64,000 bases of DNA from Candidatus Latescibacterota bacterium (GCA_963667175.2 CAXXXF010000004.1:288001-352000), one strand, 5' to 3'. Shown: positions 30,506 through 41,392, counted from the first letter of the stretch. Notes: generated by a model not told the origin, from the letters alone. Translations and numbers: made by a program.

Positions 30506-31609
30506 TTAAGGCGTAAAGATGAAGATTTGGTCCGTCATCTCCCAATTGTCGTTTTGCGTCACCCTGATGCCACCGGCGACCATGACACGGCCGTCTTCAA
30601 GCAGTGTAACCGTTGCCCACTGCCGCAGCGACCCCAGGCTGTGTCCGGTAGGTGCAAATGTATGTGTGGCGGGATCGTACAGCACGATATCGCCATTGAG
30701 CCGGTGGATGAGAAATACCTTGCCGGTCGGAAGCAGCGTGGCTGCGACCGGCTGGATGAGGGAAGTTCCGGCCGGTGAAAACGTATTGGTTTCAGGGTCG
30801 TAGATCTCGGCCGTCTGTACCTGAGTCTGCTGATCGGCCTTCAGGCCGCCCGCGATCAGGACCCTGCCATCCTGGAGAAGCACCGCTTTATGGGCCGAGC
30901 GGTCGAACTGTAATTCGCCGGCTTTCGTAAACGCGTTCGTCGAGGGATCGAAAATCAGATTTCGTCCGACCAAACCGTCTTCAGGTCGACCGCGCGTTCC
31001 ACCAACGATCAGCACGCGACCGTCCTTCAACAGCGTCGACGTATGGCCGAAGCTGCGATCGTCAGTCGCGACGATCGAGGGAAATGTCCCGGTTCCCGGG
31101 TCGAAGACACCCGTGTGCTGCGGGTTCGTTGCAAAGACCTTTCCGCTGGGAAGCAGGGTTGCCGTCGCGATGGCCGGATTCGCGGGTACGGTCGCCACGG
31201 CGCTGAAGCTGCCCGTACCTGGATCGTAATATTCAATGGGGAAACGACCAAGCCGCGACATAATCAGGACCCGACTGTCCGGAAGCAGGATTCCCTTGTC
31301 ATTGTAACGACCCACGGTCAGGTTCCCCGTTGGCGATGAAATCCCGGTTTCAGGATCGAATATCTCCGCGCTGATATGGCGATTCGATTCGTCTGCGATA
31401 TTGGGGAGCAGTTCTCTGTAGCCGCCTGCGATCAGGACCTTGCCACTCTGCAATAACGTTGCGACGTGCATACCCCGCCGGTGATTCATAGCGCCGACCT
31501 CGTGGAGACCCCGTTCAAGGGCCGGCGGCTCCGGCGTCGTTACCGAGTCCCCACCGCAGGCACACAAACCGGAAATAACAAACAGCATTATTGCGATTCT
31601 GGCGGTCAT
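30506..31609 (-). CDS. Kelch-repeat lipoprotein 3
   Basis: Lipobox LCAC; same repeat motifs; ends DQIFIFTP. Confidence 0.88.
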   Translation of the reverse strand: MTARIAIMLFVISGLCACGGDSVTTPEPPALERGLHEVGAMNHRRGMHVATLLQSGKVLIAGGYRELLPNIADESNRHISAEIFDPETGISSPTGNLTVGRYNDKGILLPDSRVLIMSRLGRFPIEYYDPGTGSFSAVATVPANPAIATATLLPSGKVFATNPQHTGVFDPGTGTFPSIVATDDRSFGHTSTLLKDGRVLIVGGTRGRPEDGLVGRNLIFDPSTNAFTKAGELQFDRSAHKAVLLQDGRVLIAGGLKADQQTQVQTAEIYDPETNTFSPAGTSLIQPVAATLLPTGKVFLIHRLNGDIVLYDPATHTFAPTGHSLGSLRQWATVTLLEDGRVMVAGGIRVTQNDNWEMTDQIFIFTP

Positions 31610-31669
31610 CTTCTTTCCCCCGCGTCAACGGTACTGTGAGTGAGAAGTCTACGCAATCGCGCCGGCGTG

Positions 31670-31716
31670 GCGGGCAGACAGGAATGTCTGCCCCACCTTC
31701 AAATCGGTTCCCTCAG
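31670..31716. repeat. 47-bp REP-like element, copy 3
   Basis: Same core; overlaps stop codon of XRE gene; shorter copies at 45201-45226 and 55602-55626. Confidence 0.85.
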
Positions 31717-32369
31717 GACCCGGATTGGGACTCGGTCCTGCCGTTCTCACGGCTGATGTCGATTGGCGCGTATATCCTGAATCCTGTGGAGCCGTTCTTT
31801 CGTCTATCACGGCTCGACGATTCTTTCTGACCCACCGGACCCATCGGCCTTCCGTTTTCCGCCCTCGTCGCCACCCCAGATTCCGCGGATCCGTTGCGGC
31901 GCGACCGAAGCGCCTCCAGCTTCTCCACAAACAGGTCGAGCATTTGGAACAGGAATTCTTCGTAAGTCCGTTCCGCGCCCCGCCCGGTGGCCCCTTCGTT
32001 CTGTGCCTTCTCAGCCACGTCGTCGAGGCTGTTCCGGATCTGGCGCGCCAAGCCTCCGATGACGTCCGCCGCAGGCAATTCCTGCTCGAAGCCAATGGAG
32101 ACTCGCACGTTGAAAGCCCGTGCGTACATCGCCAGGTCTTCCAATTTGAGCCGATCGTTCGGGCTGTTCTCGATTCTCGAGATTTTGCTCTGCGTGCAGC
32201 CCGCCCGTTCCGCAAGTTCGGCCTGCGTGACATCGTGAGAACAACGCAGCGCGGTCAAGGACCGGGACACGCCATAATCTGCAGGATGCCCATCCGATCT
32301 GTTCTGGAAATTCTCATCCGGCACGGTGTGGCGAGCCATTTCCAACACGGGTGAAACCCGCTTTTCCAT
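31713..32369 (-). CDS. XRE-family HTH protein
   Basis: LTALR..VTQAELAERAGCTQSKISRIEN. Confidence 0.8.
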   Translation of the reverse strand: MEKRVSPVLEMARHTVPDENFQNRSDGHPADYGVSRSLTALRCSHDVTQAELAERAGCTQSKISRIENSPNDRLKLEDLAMYARAFNVRVSIGFEQELPAADVIGGLARQIRNSLDDVAEKAQNEGATGRGAERTYEEFLFQMLDLFVEKLEALRSRRNGSAESGVATRAENGRPMGPVGQKESSSRDRRKNGSTGFRIYAPIDISRENGRTESQSGS

Positions 32370-32627
32370 TTTCGTGCTCCCTCTGAAGGCTGTCGAACTG
32401 TGACAGCAGGTATGCCGAATTCTTTTCAAATGTCCGGGATTCCGTAAACCGAGAAGTGAGGTTATCCGTACCGCAAAACGGCAGTTTGCGATGTCAGATT
32501 ATCCAAAATCACAATAAATATCGCCGAGACAGGAGGCAATTATGCAAATATAAGATAATTTATCGATCTCGCAATCGTAGTCGGCGGGGGCCCCTCCGGG
32601 ACCGACCGCCTAGCTCGCTGACGGGTA

Positions 32628-34187
32628 TCAGGGCCCTGGACAGGGAAGACCGTTAGACAAAGTCACGGCCGCGGACGGGGGACCCTCATTCGGGGGGCGC
32701 CGGTAATCCACGGCCGTGATCCGATAACAAAAGGGTCCGGATGCCGCGCCCCGATCCACGTATCGCGTTGCGGCGAGGGGGGCCTCGTTCAGCCGATCGA
32801 AGGGTCCTTCCGGCCCCGATGCCCGGTACACGGTATATCCTTTCAGTCCGGTAAGCGCGGTGCCGTCGGTATCGGCTTCCGGACGGCGCCACGAAATCCG
32901 CGCGTCCTGTCCGCTGCGAATAACTTCGAGGTGCAGCGGAGCGCCGGGCGCCCATCGGTCGTGCGCCTGCGTGGATGTGGCAAGCATCGCGGCCGTTGCC
33001 GCAATATGCGACGGTGCGCCCTGCATTGAAACGTGCTGTTCGAAGTACGCGGCCATCGATTCCCAGATCCGGTAGTCATATCCTGCCAGGTAGAGAAAGC
33101 CCCATCCCCTGAAGCCCCGTTCCGCGTCGAGCTTATCCGGAGGGCCGCCTATGTAGTACCTGAATGCCGGTTCCTCCAGGCTGCCATTCCAGACATGGCT
33201 GACGAACGTATTGGCCATCCTCTCAAGATCTCTCCGGGTGAAACTCAGTCCACTCTGCGCCCCCTGAAGCGCCGCCTGGATGTCGATAAAGGCATGCCCG
33301 ACGTCCTCCATCAGTTCGGGCCAGTGGCTCTTTGGACCGTATTTCCACGTATAGGCATCCGCTTCCGAATCGTACGACAGTTGACGGTGAAAGAACCGCA
33401 TCATCTGCTCGCTTTGTTCAGCGTAAAACGGAACGAACTCCTCCTTGTAAGGTTTGTAATACGGCGATCCTGAAATTCGACGGAGCGTTACCAGCGCATC
33501 CGTAAACGACAGGTACATATTCAGCGGCTGGCGTTTCCATCCAGACCATTCGTACACGTGGTATCCCGCGTCTTCGCCGTAGCGGCTGGTGTCCTCTTCC
33601 GTCCACCCGGGATCCGGCGCCCAATTGGCGTACCACTTTGCAATCACGTCCGCTTCCACAGCGAGGAGGTAGTCATCCGCTTTGGCCTTATAGGCCGTGT
33701 GGAGGTACGGATCGCCCCAGACGAGTTCCACGAATGCCAGGATGGGGCTGATAATCAACCCGTCGTCAGAAAGCCATTCGGTATATTCGGGCTCGTACTG
33801 GCGGTAGCGGTTCTGTCCCCAACCCCTGTAACCGTCCACGTACCTTGAATCGTACCCTTCATACGGCGGCACGTCCGAGCGGGCCGTCAGAATGCGGTCG
33901 ATCTGTTTTACCAGTTTATCGAGCCAGACCTTTTCGTTAAACGTCCGATAGAGGTTCAGATACATCCTCTGCACGTAGGCCGAAGGACCCCAGGCGAACG
34001 ATCCCCCGTCGCGGCCGTTCAGATAATTGTCCCCGTACGTTTGATCCCAATCTACAAAAGCCGCGTACCAGTCGGTACTCACAGGACCCTCGAACGGGAC
34101 GATCGGGGGTTTCCTTTCAGCCGCGACAGGGCCGCCTATCCACCCGAAGGCAACGTAAAAAAAGGCGTAGAGACACAGGCGCAACAT
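32628..34187 (-). CDS. Secreted protein, aromatic-rich helical (glycosidase-like) domain plus C-terminal FN3
   Basis: Signal peptide; EDVGHA; C-terminal APGAP..ISW..GYTVYRA..YVD..YRITAVD..NEG. Confidence 0.65.
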   Translation of the reverse strand: MLRLCLYAFFYVAFGWIGGPVAAERKPPIVPFEGPVSTDWYAAFVDWDQTYGDNYLNGRDGGSFAWGPSAYVQRMYLNLYRTFNEKVWLDKLVKQIDRILTARSDVPPYEGYDSRYVDGYRGWGQNRYRQYEPEYTEWLSDDGLIISPILAFVELVWGDPYLHTAYKAKADDYLLAVEADVIAKWYANWAPDPGWTEEDTSRYGEDAGYHVYEWSGWKRQPLNMYLSFTDALVTLRRISGSPYYKPYKEEFVPFYAEQSEQMMRFFHRQLSYDSEADAYTWKYGPKSHWPELMEDVGHAFIDIQAALQGAQSGLSFTRRDLERMANTFVSHVWNGSLEEPAFRYYIGGPPDKLDAERGFRGWGFLYLAGYDYRIWESMAAYFEQHVSMQGAPSHIAATAAMLATSTQAHDRWAPGAPLHLEVIRSGQDARISWRRPEADTDGTALTGLKGYTVYRASGPEGPFDRLNEAPLAATRYVDRGAASGPFCYRITAVDYRRPPNEGPPSAAVTLSNGLPCPGP

Positions 34188-34608
34188 AACGGCAATCTGA
34201 CCCTCCCCTGGCCCCACACCCCCGGGGAGACGTTAGACGGGAGACGGGAGATGATCACACCGCGACCACGGGATGACGATATGGACTAGCGATATCAGTT
34301 CGCGGTTGCGCAAACCTCTCCCCCCGGCCTGCCTGCGCCGAGTTCTGCTCGGCAGGCAGGCCCCCTCTCCTAAAGGAAAGGGGGAGAAAACCAGGCGTCC
34401 ATCAAGCGGTGACAGTTCCCCCTTCCTCTCAGGAAGGGGGCTAGGGGGTAGGTCTCGTGAAGGCGGGGAGAGGGTAGAGGGGAGACGGTAGAGGATGTGA
34501 TTGCCCGGTGCGGTTTCATTTCGTGCCGGAGGCATAAAGGGAGAGCCAATCGGGCAAGGATGTCATCTACCGTCTTGCGTCTAACGTCTCACCGCCATTA
34601 GACGTTAG

Positions 34609-36318
34609 AGTCTTACAGTAAGACTTCAACGCAAGATGCGTAGAAGTTTGTTCATGCTGCTTGGATAGCGTTCCGGTTTGTGTGGTTGTCGTATAGTGTC
34701 AGTGAAGTCGCGAGGGTGACGTGTCCGGCCTGTGTGACGCGCCATCTTCTGGACCGAGGTATTTTAGCGATCAGGCCTCGGACGTGTAGACGTTTGAGGA
34801 GTCGGCTGACGGCGTTGGCTTGTCGTCGTCGCTGGTCGAGGGTTCTGGGTTGTTTGAAGAGGTGTTTTCGGATGTCCCGATTGCGGAAGCCCATCAGGGC
34901 GTGTTCGCCTTTCAGGACGGCGGTGAAGAGGTCGAGGTCGCGGGTGTCGGCGGGATTGAAGCCCCGATAGGTCCGCCCCTTGTGCCTGCGTGGTCGGGCA
35001 AGTGCGGCGAGGCTGTGACGGCTCTTCCCGGTGTCTGGTGCTGCTGCCAGCGCCTGAAGATAGTGTTGGTTGGCCTTCAATGAGATCTCCCGATAGCGGT
35101 AGAGGTTGGCCACCCCTTTGGCCATGGGATACCAGCCCATCACGCGTTGTCCTTGCCGTATGCCCTGGCGGCGGACCTTGAACTGCCTTGGATGGTTGAT
35201 CACTGTCTCTATGCGTAGTACGCGCCCGTGTTTGTCGTACATTTTTATCCAGTTCTCACACATCCGGTGTTTGACCCGTGCGCCGGGTTGGCGTTTGTTT
35301 TTGAAGTCCGTGAGGACTTCGCCCTGAAAGTTGCCGTGGAGTTTGCGTCCCAGGAAGGTCAGGATGTCCTGGGGAGAGAAGCACAGCACCGTATGTCTGA
35401 GCAGATTTTCATACAGCACCTTCAGGGCGTGGGGGCTTGTGAACATCACGTCGGTGGCGAACTCAGCCTGGTCAACGACCCAGTAATAGTCCATTCCCGA
35501 AAGCAGGTCTTTGAGCAGGGGGTTGACCCTGCGGGCAAGCCCGGAGAGAATGCGCGGCCAATTTTTCTCGACAAAACGATCGGCAAACCGTTGCGCCCGG
35601 GCCACGTCGTCGATCCATAGAAACGCGTTGTCTGCTTTGCGATAGGCAATGCCGTTTTTATCGAGCTTGCGCGCCAGGTATTCGTGGCCATTGAGACAGA
35701 CCTGCACCACCAGGGGGAACCACGACTGGATGCGGATATGCAGCAACCCGAACTCACGGTCGATATAGTAGAAATAGTAGCACAGGCACTTCCGCCGGGC
35801 GTTGCGCAGGCGAGGCCTTCCTTTCCCTGGAACCAGCTTGAAACTCTGACAGCCCTCCACGGCGCGGTACACACAGACCAGGCCGCGGGTGATCCCATCT
35901 CGTTGGGCGATGCGTCGCGCTTCCTCCTCTTTCCTGACGGTGTTGCGGTCGAGATAGAGGAACGGGCGCTTGTGCCTGCTCGCCATCGCCTCCGCGTGGG
36001 CTTTGATCGTTTTGGAATGCATCGTCACAAAACGCTTGAAGTCCTTCAACAAAAAACCCTGATTACCCATGAAACGCTCCATCGCATCGCCAAATCCCAA
36101 CGGCAGGTACCCCTTGAACAGAACCCGATCAAAACACGATACCACGCCACTGATTTTTTCATTATATTGGTCCACGAAGTCGTTCACGGCGTTCCTCCTT
36201 GGATTGATGGCGGTCGGGACCACCATCATAACGGACGAACGCCGCTTTTCATACCACAAAACAACCTGCCGCTTCAATACCACACTTTTTGGTTGCGGCT
36301 GAGCAAAGCGAAGCCGCC
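34609..36318 (-). mobile_element. Single-gene mobile element without TIRs, hairpins at both ends, flanked by TTAG
   Basis: TTAG at 34605-08 and 36319-22; hairpins AGTCTTACAGTAAGACT and GCGGCT..AGCCGC just inside the ends. Confidence 0.6.
34652..36187 (-). CDS. Putative transposase/replication-initiator-like protein with C-terminal winged helix
   Basis: SCFDRVLFKG, YYFYYIDREFG, LNGHEYL, IKMYDK..LRIETVIN, GFRNRDIR..RLHVRGLI.K; AAGGAGG RBS before GTG 36187. Confidence 0.7.
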   Translation of the reverse strand: MNDFVDQYNEKISGVVSCFDRVLFKGYLPLGFGDAMERFMGNQGFLLKDFKRFVTMHSKTIKAHAEAMASRHKRPFLYLDRNTVRKEEEARRIAQRDGITRGLVCVYRAVEGCQSFKLVPGKGRPRLRNARRKCLCYYFYYIDREFGLLHIRIQSWFPLVVQVCLNGHEYLARKLDKNGIAYRKADNAFLWIDDVARAQRFADRFVEKNWPRILSGLARRVNPLLKDLLSGMDYYWVVDQAEFATDVMFTSPHALKVLYENLLRHTVLCFSPQDILTFLGRKLHGNFQGEVLTDFKNKRQPGARVKHRMCENWIKMYDKHGRVLRIETVINHPRQFKVRRQGIRQGQRVMGWYPMAKGVANLYRYREISLKANQHYLQALAAAPDTGKSRHSLAALARPRRHKGRTYRGFNPADTRDLDLFTAVLKGEHALMGFRNRDIRKHLFKQPRTLDQRRRQANAVSRLLKRLHVRGLIAKIPRSRRWRVTQAGHVTLATSLTLYDNHTNRNAIQAA

Positions 36319-37403
36319 TTAGGGGCTGTAAATCAGAACCTGATCGGTCGCCTCGAGGTCCTTCAAGCCTCCAGCAATCAGCACGCGGCCGTCGGGAAGC
36401 AACGTTGTCGTGTAAAACGCGCGATTCTCGCCTATGCTGTCTCCGGTCGGGCCGAACGCACCGGTGGCGGGATCGTAGAGGATGACTTCGCCGCTGTTTC
36501 CAATGATAAACACGTCGCCCGATCGCAGTAACGTGGCCGCATGGATCGATTCGAGTCCCGGATCCCCTTCTGATGAGAACATCCCCGTCCCTGGATCGTA
36601 CCGCTCGGCCGCCGTAACCGACACCTCAGACCCCCTCGTCGTCGGTGGTCCCGCCAATGACCAGAACGCTGCCGTCCTGGAGAAGAATTGCCTTTGTGAT
36701 CTCGACGCTCGTATCTCAAGTCGCCTGTGCGCGTAAGCGTATTGGACAATGGGTCGTAGATTTCGCATTCCTGCACCATACCCAAGGCATTGCTGCCGCC
36801 GGCGATGAGTACGCGGCCGTCCCCCAGCCGGGTCGCCGTGTGGCCTCCGCGAATGCGGACCGTACCTGGAAGCGACGCGAAGTCACCAATTGCGGGATCG
36901 AAGAGGGAGACGCCCAGCGAGGTATAGGTGAGGATCTTCCCATTGGCCAGCAGCGTCATCGACGAGATGATCGCGAAGGCGGGCTCATACGGCTCGGGAG
37001 TGATTCGACCGGTTTGCGGATTGTAGAATTCCAGCGGGGCCTGAGCAGCGCCTGCGATCAGGACACGGCCGTCCGGCAGCAGTATTCCCACGTCGAGCGC
37101 GCGAGCCCGGGACATGTCGCCCCTTCTGCTCGAAGTGCCCGTCACGGGATCGAATATTTCCGTGCTGGCGCGAAACAGCGACGAAGGCACGTTACCCGGA
37201 CTGTCCGTGGCTGCGCCGCCCGAGATGAGCACCTTTCCGTCCTGCAACAGCACCGCCGCGTGCCAGAATCGCCTCTCCGTCATCTGACCGGCAACTTCGA
37301 AACCCTTCAGATCGCTCGTGGCTTCCGGGGACGTGGGCACGGGATTGCCGCAGGCCATCAAGAGCAAAATAAAAACCAGCGCGGAACCTGTTTTTCCGGA
37401 CAT
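36319..37403 (-). pseudogene. Kelch-repeat lipoprotein 4, +1 frameshift (possibly sequencing error)
   Basis: Lipobox LMAC; removing one T at 36693-95 restores HKAILLQDG; ends DQVLIYSP. Confidence 0.8.
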
Positions 37404-37660
37404 TCGACGTCCTTCCTCAGCGTCGTCAAAAAACAGCGATCAGCGGTCAGCATTCAGCCGTCAGCTTGAAGCAAGAAACCAACCAATTGACGTCGGCGCC
37501 GTGAAGCAGTGGGACAATCACGGGCGCAGACCTCTCCCCCCGGCCTGCCTGCGCCGAGTTCTGCTCGGCAGGCCGGGGGGAGAGGGGGAGAAAACCAGGA
37601 CACCGCGAGGGAATCACAGTTCCCCCTTCCCCCGGGATGGGGACAGGGGGTAGGTAGGCC

Positions 37661-40600
37661 CTATCGCGAGATGACGAAGACCACGTCTTTCTCCGCCGTT
37701 TCGCCGCTGTTCATGTCGTTAATCGATACGTTGAGCGAATATCGCCCCGGGACCTGTTCATCCAGCGCGAGTTCGACGTATTCGTTCTCGCGAGCGGCCG
37801 TGCCCAGCTGCTCGTACGCGACGGCCAGCTCCTCGCGCCTTCCGGTTCCCCAACGGAACAGGCGGGAGATGTTTCCCGCCCCCCCGGCGCGATCTTTCGA
37901 CGTGATGGTGTAGGAGACGTTGTAGCCGGTCTGTCCGAAATCGTCCTTCTCCAGGTTGTAGATCTCGTAATAGACGAACACGCTCTGGCCCTTCCTGTAC
38001 GTTCGGGACGGCATTGGAACAACGTTCAGGCTTCCTTTTGTGAACTTGCTATCCACGTCGTCCGCGCCAACCCGCCAGGCCAGTTCCAGGTCGCTGATCT
38101 GCAGGCGATCTTCTCCGTAGGGTTCCACGACCACCTGCTGCTGATAGATGCCCATTCGTCCTCTCAGGCGGTCCTGCGACTTGACCTCCAGACGGTAGAC
38201 GCCGGGCGGCAGAGCCAGCTTCAGGACGTCCGGCACGATAAGGCCCTCTCCGGCCCGGTTGCCGGCGGTTTCGTAGACCATCTCGTCCGATTGCCGGTAG
38301 ACCGTGTCCAGCGACGACGAAATGAGCGCCGCATGGTGCGTCAGAACCTGCCGAGTGACATCCTCTGCCGCAACGTAATGCGCCGGGACGACGGGGACGC
38401 CGTAGTAGATTTCGAGAAGGCTGTTATCGTCCTCGCCCATGAAGTCGGCCAGCGAGTAGTGGAAATCGAGCGGCTGCGTCTCATGTCTCGGCGTATAGAA
38501 ATCGGGCGTGGCCCGAGCCGCACGCCTGTAGACCGAGTGGGGCGCGTGCCTGCTTAGCGCAGCGGTTTCGCCTATGGATATATCTCCCTGGTTCGGCGGC
38601 ATGGGCGCATAATCGTACGCCCCGGAACCAGTTTCGTCGGTAAATGTGATTTCGATGCCGCCGCCCGCGTCGGTATAGATCCAGGTCTCCCAGGGCACGG
38701 TGCTTCGATCTTCGTCGGTGGTAACCGGGTGATAGTCGCCGAATCCCAGGCTTTCGTCAAGGGGCAAGATGCCGATCTTCAAGGAATCGTCATTGACGAA
38801 GAAAGACTCGCTTCCTCCATCTTGATTGAGGTCGGCGTCGGCCGCCTCCGTACCGTCGTTCGTCATGCCGGCAATCTCACACGCCGATGGATCTGCGTTC
38901 TCTATTGTGAATTCTTTCAGTTCATACCAGGCGCCATCCAGCTGTTTGAGGCTGCGAACGGGATATACCGGGCCGACGAACGTGTGCGCGCGGACGTCGC
39001 CCTTGTAGATATTGAACGCGAGCCGCTCCTTGACCCGCTGTACTTTCAGGCTCTGCTTGAAGTTGGGATCGTCCGATCGGGACCGGTGGTCGGGTTCCCC
39101 GAATCGGACGTAGACGTCCCCCCTGGCGTCCCATGGTTGCCTGCCCTTCGAGAAATCCGTCAACGCGTGCCAGACCCTCCGGTAGTGTTCCAGCAGCCGC
39201 TCGTTCACGGCGGTGGACAGGTCCGGGTCCTTCCCATTCCAGAAACGACTCAAATAGGTCTCGGGATCGTCGGCCTCGCGATACTTCCTGAGTTCTTCGC
39301 TGGAAGCGACCAGCGATATATCTTCGTACAGTCCCCGTACATCCGGCGCAAGTTTGGCAATGTAGTCCTCGAAGAACGCCATGGCCATATCCGACTCTTC
39401 CTGTTCCATGGCGGAAATGGCGACAATGGGCATCAATTCGATGGCTTCGGGGTACTTTCTCACAAAGTCCAGCAGGTGGTTCATAATCTTCGAATAGTCC
39501 CTCACCTTCAGATAGGCAACGCCCAGGCGCCGCTGCGCGTCCGCGTCTTCCGGGCGAAGCGCGAGGTACTTCGTATACCAGACAACGGCCTTTTCGAATT
39601 CCCAGGACAGGTTCAGGTAATAGTCCGCAATCATCAGATAGGCGTCCGCGTGGCCGGGATCCATCTTCAGGACCCGTTTCAGCTCCAGCTCCGCGTCGCG
39701 CTGTTTCATCTCATAACGGACTTTGGCCATCCGGAATCGCGCGTCCACAAAGTCCCGGTCCCTGACCAGCGCCTCTGTAAAGTGGTGAATCGCGAAGTGC
39801 CGCTGCATCGGCCACGTGGCGTAGAGCATTCCCAGGCCGTGGTGGGCAAGCGCTTTGCTTCCCAGGGCCATGGCGCGGTGAAACGCGTCCTTCGATTCCT
39901 CGAACCGCTCGAACGTCAGCAGGATGTGACCCAGCCTGATGTATGCATCGGGACCCTTCGGTTTCTGACGCGCGACGTTCCGATAGATCAGGCGTGCCCT
40001 TTCCAGTTCACCCGCATCCAGCGCCCGGCGACCGATCGCCGAGAGAGAATCCACCTGCTCCGCCGGTAAACGTGACACTCTCGTCCGATTCCCTGCCGGG
40101 CCATTGAGGCCGTAAATGTACTTTCCCCGGTGCCAGAAACAGGCCAGGGCCGGCGCACCGGCCAGCCCCTCGAGGCGATCGTGGTAGTCGCTGAGAAACC
40201 CGCGGCCCGAACTCGCCGGGCAGGAGAACAGGATATTGAGGACCGACATCCTGGCTTTCTCTTCAACCGGGTTCTCAGCATCTTCGGCAATCCTCCGGGC
40301 TGCCCAGCGATGCAGTTCACCAAGGTTCGTCAGTTCTCTGTTCCCGTGGACCCGCCTGAATTTCTGAATCAGACCCAGCATCCCCATCAAGCGCTCCTGA
40401 CAGTGGTGGACGTCGGCCGGGTTCCTTTCGGTCCTGGTCCAGGTCTTGCAGACTTCCTGGTAGATTGCACAGCTTTTTTCTGACAATCCGTACATAGAGG
40501 CCCTGTCAGCGAGTTTCCCGAAGGCGCTCCGCGCGCTCTTGAACCTTTCTTTCGCATTCGCGACGTTTCCTCTGTGAAGCGCGTTCCTGCCCCTGATATA

Positions 40601-41392
40601 CAGATCGAGCCCGATTCCGATCAGGCCCAGGGCGGAATCGATCGTGTCGGCCTCCCGCAGAGCCGCTTCACAATTCGATCCGAAAAAGGCTTCCGAATCT
40701 CTATATATCTTTTTTAATATGTCTCCGGGCGGTTCTGCTGGAACCATCTTCCCGGTTCCCACGTCCACACGGATCCATCCCGATCCATCCGCGGTCCGGC
40801 AGAATACAGCCTTCCCGTCGGGCGACCACGCGACCGGGCCGGTGACGTTGCCTTCGAACAGAAGCCTGACGCCGCCTCGATCGTCCACGGTCCAGAGAAC
40901 CTGTCCGGATCTCGCGAACGGACTGCCCCGATACCCCAAGGCGGCCAGGGACCTGCCGTTGGGCGAGACCCCCATTTCGAGCGGTTGAAAGTCATCGGGC
41001 AGCGGCCACAATTCCTCACCGGCGCCGTCCGCACTCAACCGCCAGATTCTGTTGTTCGAAATCGGAAGCGAATATTCGCCGTAGAAATGCGACCCCCACG
41101 CTTCGCGCCGCAGGCTGCGCTCCAGGTAGACCAGTTCCGTCCCGTCCGGCGCAAAGTGCAGGGCGCCGGGTTCACCGGGATAGGCCCTCAGCTTTTCGGG
41201 TTTATCGTCTTTCGCCGAGACGATCCATATTTCCGTCAGCGAAACCGTCCCTTCGCCGCGTTGGACGGCGTAGGCGACGCGCCCGCCATCCGCCGAACGC
41301 GCGGCGATAACCCCGGCAGGCGCCGACCCGGCCACGCCCGGCATGATCAGGAAGCCGGTGGCGCCGATGAGGAGGATTTTCATCCAATTCAT
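37661..41392 (-). CDS. Secreted TPR / GWxTD-type protein with TolB-like N-terminus
   Basis: Signal peptide, WSPDGK repeats, TPRs, FW..KDP..NERLLEHYRRV, PWDARGDVYVRFGEPD, VFVYYEIYNL. Confidence 0.85.
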   Translation of the reverse strand: MNWMKILLIGATGFLIMPGVAGSAPAGVIAARSADGGRVAYAVQRGEGTVSLTEIWIVSAKDDKPEKLRAYPGEPGALHFAPDGTELVYLERSLRREAWGSHFYGEYSLPISNNRIWRLSADGAGEELWPLPDDFQPLEMGVSPNGRSLAALGYRGSPFARSGQVLWTVDDRGGVRLLFEGNVTGPVAWSPDGKAVFCRTADGSGWIRVDVGTGKMVPAEPPGDILKKIYRDSEAFFGSNCEAALREADTIDSALGLIGIGLDLYIRGRNALHRGNVANAKERFKSARSAFGKLADRASMYGLSEKSCAIYQEVCKTWTRTERNPADVHHCQERLMGMLGLIQKFRRVHGNRELTNLGELHRWAARRIAEDAENPVEEKARMSVLNILFSCPASSGRGFLSDYHDRLEGLAGAPALACFWHRGKYIYGLNGPAGNRTRVSRLPAEQVDSLSAIGRRALDAGELERARLIYRNVARQKPKGPDAYIRLGHILLTFERFEESKDAFHRAMALGSKALAHHGLGMLYATWPMQRHFAIHHFTEALVRDRDFVDARFRMAKVRYEMKQRDAELELKRVLKMDPGHADAYLMIADYYLNLSWEFEKAVVWYTKYLALRPEDADAQRRLGVAYLKVRDYSKIMNHLLDFVRKYPEAIELMPIVAISAMEQEESDMAMAFFEDYIAKLAPDVRGLYEDISLVASSEELRKYREADDPETYLSRFWNGKDPDLSTAVNERLLEHYRRVWHALTDFSKGRQPWDARGDVYVRFGEPDHRSRSDDPNFKQSLKVQRVKERLAFNIYKGDVRAHTFVGPVYPVRSLKQLDGAWYELKEFTIENADPSACEIAGMTNDGTEAADADLNQDGGSESFFVNDDSLKIGILPLDESLGFGDYHPVTTDEDRSTVPWETWIYTDAGGGIEITFTDETGSGAYDYAPMPPNQGDISIGETAALSRHAPHSVYRRAARATPDFYTPRHETQPLDFHYSLADFMGEDDNSLLEIYYGVPVVPAHYVAAEDVTRQVLTHHAALISSSLDTVYRQSDEMVYETAGNRAGEGLIVPDVLKLALPPGVYRLEVKSQDRLRGRMGIYQQQVVVEPYGEDRLQISDLELAWRVGADDVDSKFTKGSLNVVPMPSRTYRKGQSVFVYYEIYNLEKDDFGQTGYNVSYTITSKDRAGGAGNISRLFRWGTGRREELAVAYEQLGTAARENEYVELALDEQVPGRYSLNVSINDMNSGETAEKDVVFVISR

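Noticed and set aside
29230-31716. 47-bp elements as integron attC sites
   Set aside because: No RYYYAAC/GTTRRRY core ends and no integron integrase in the window
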